Below are positions 63,330 to 64,000 of a stretch of DNA of 64,000 nt, piece after piece (position 1 is the first letter of the stretch; every line of letters begins with the position of its first letter). The translations under genes were made by a program, and so were the position numbers. Below the pieces are notes generated by a model that was not told the DNA's origin, did no database searches, and saw nothing but the letters and a program-made list of their open reading frames with translations. Origin of the DNA: Chara braunii (lineage: Eukaryota > Plantae > Charophyceae); NCBI GenBank assembly GCA_003427395.1, contig BFEA01000030.1:2779728-2843727 (forward strand), given 5' to 3'.

Positions 63330-64000
63330 CTAAGAGGCCGAAGAAGGGTTGTCCATGTCCAATCCAGCGGGTCCAAAGCCAGATGATGGATCAGAGAGCC
63401 AGGTTGGAAGGCTATGTATTGTTCATTTTCCTCGAGCACTCTGATTCTGAACAACCATTCTTTGTGGCATTCGATGGTTACATCCTAATTGTTTTTTTGG
63501 ATTGTGTTGTCCCGTCGTACTTGGAAAATGTTTACTGCCACTGTTCCATCCTGGGAGCAGCAGGCCACCCTGCCTATTTCTCCTTGTCTCCCCCTCACTG
63601 CCACCCAGTCCGATTCTCGCAGGGTAGGGCCTTTGTGAAGGATTCTCCACCAATGTAGGGGGATCCTTTCCACAATCGCCTCTAGGGCTTCCTGTGGCCG
63701 GTGGCAGTACCTCAGTCGTTCCCGTAGCTGGTCGGGACCTATCCTGTTTTTTTTCTCCGTGTCCCATATGTCTTTTACTCTCGTTATCCCTCATTTGATC
63801 CATCCTTACCAAGGAGAGTCCATGCAATGAAGTGTTTGTCCCCTTGAGTCTACCACCCATCTGTTGCGAAAAATGGGTTGCCTTGCTACTTCTTCCCATC
63901 TGTTCGGTGTGTTTTTATCCGACAGAGGGAGACTCCTCCATGTTTTAAGGATGGAGGGCCAGGACGGGTCATTGCGCAGATCCGCCCTTGCTGCTTGTCT
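63330..64000 (-). mobile_element. Second L1/Tx1-type LINE fragment (post-RT region of ORF2)
   Basis: GITRVKDIWD...EAIVERIPLHWWRIL...SDWV aligns with GVLKVRDLWD...EALKAAIPQQWIALL...DTWF of the 24642-25667 ORF. Confidence 0.75.

Overview
Repeat-dense eukaryotic DNA with assembly gaps and (CT)n/(CA)n microsatellites. It resembles a streptophyte alga such as Chara; that is inferred from sequence style, not verified. I found no intact host gene: the window is a set of nested, mostly decayed transposable elements. (1) A minus-strand Ty3/Gypsy LTR retrotransposon (~1760-17103). It has a putative ~4.8-kb 5' LTR, a tRNA-Asp primer-binding site, gag with a CCHC knuckle, an aspartic protease, and an RT cut off at its start. 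Between the PBS and gag lies a tightly packed cassette of about ten same-strand accessory ORFs from two paralog families, several joined by ATGA stop/start overlaps. (2) A PIF/Harbinger element with a Myb/trihelix gene and a convergent DDE transposase (~17104-23848). (3) An L1/Tx1-type LINE (minus strand) split in two by (4). (4) A ~26.9-kb DNA transposon (26129-53044) with 50-bp TIRs and a 4-bp GATT TSD. It carries a Sola-like transposase remnant, a ~1800-codon gene with ParB/Srx-like and degenerate DNA amino-methyltransferase-like regions, an Ulp1 SUMO protease, a duplicated unknown gene and palindromic repeat arrays. (5) MITEs, tandem repeats and a second LINE fragment at the right edge. 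The best candidates for novel systems are the giant cargo transposon and the polycistronic Gypsy ORF cassette. All domain calls were made by eye and need HMM or structure confirmation.
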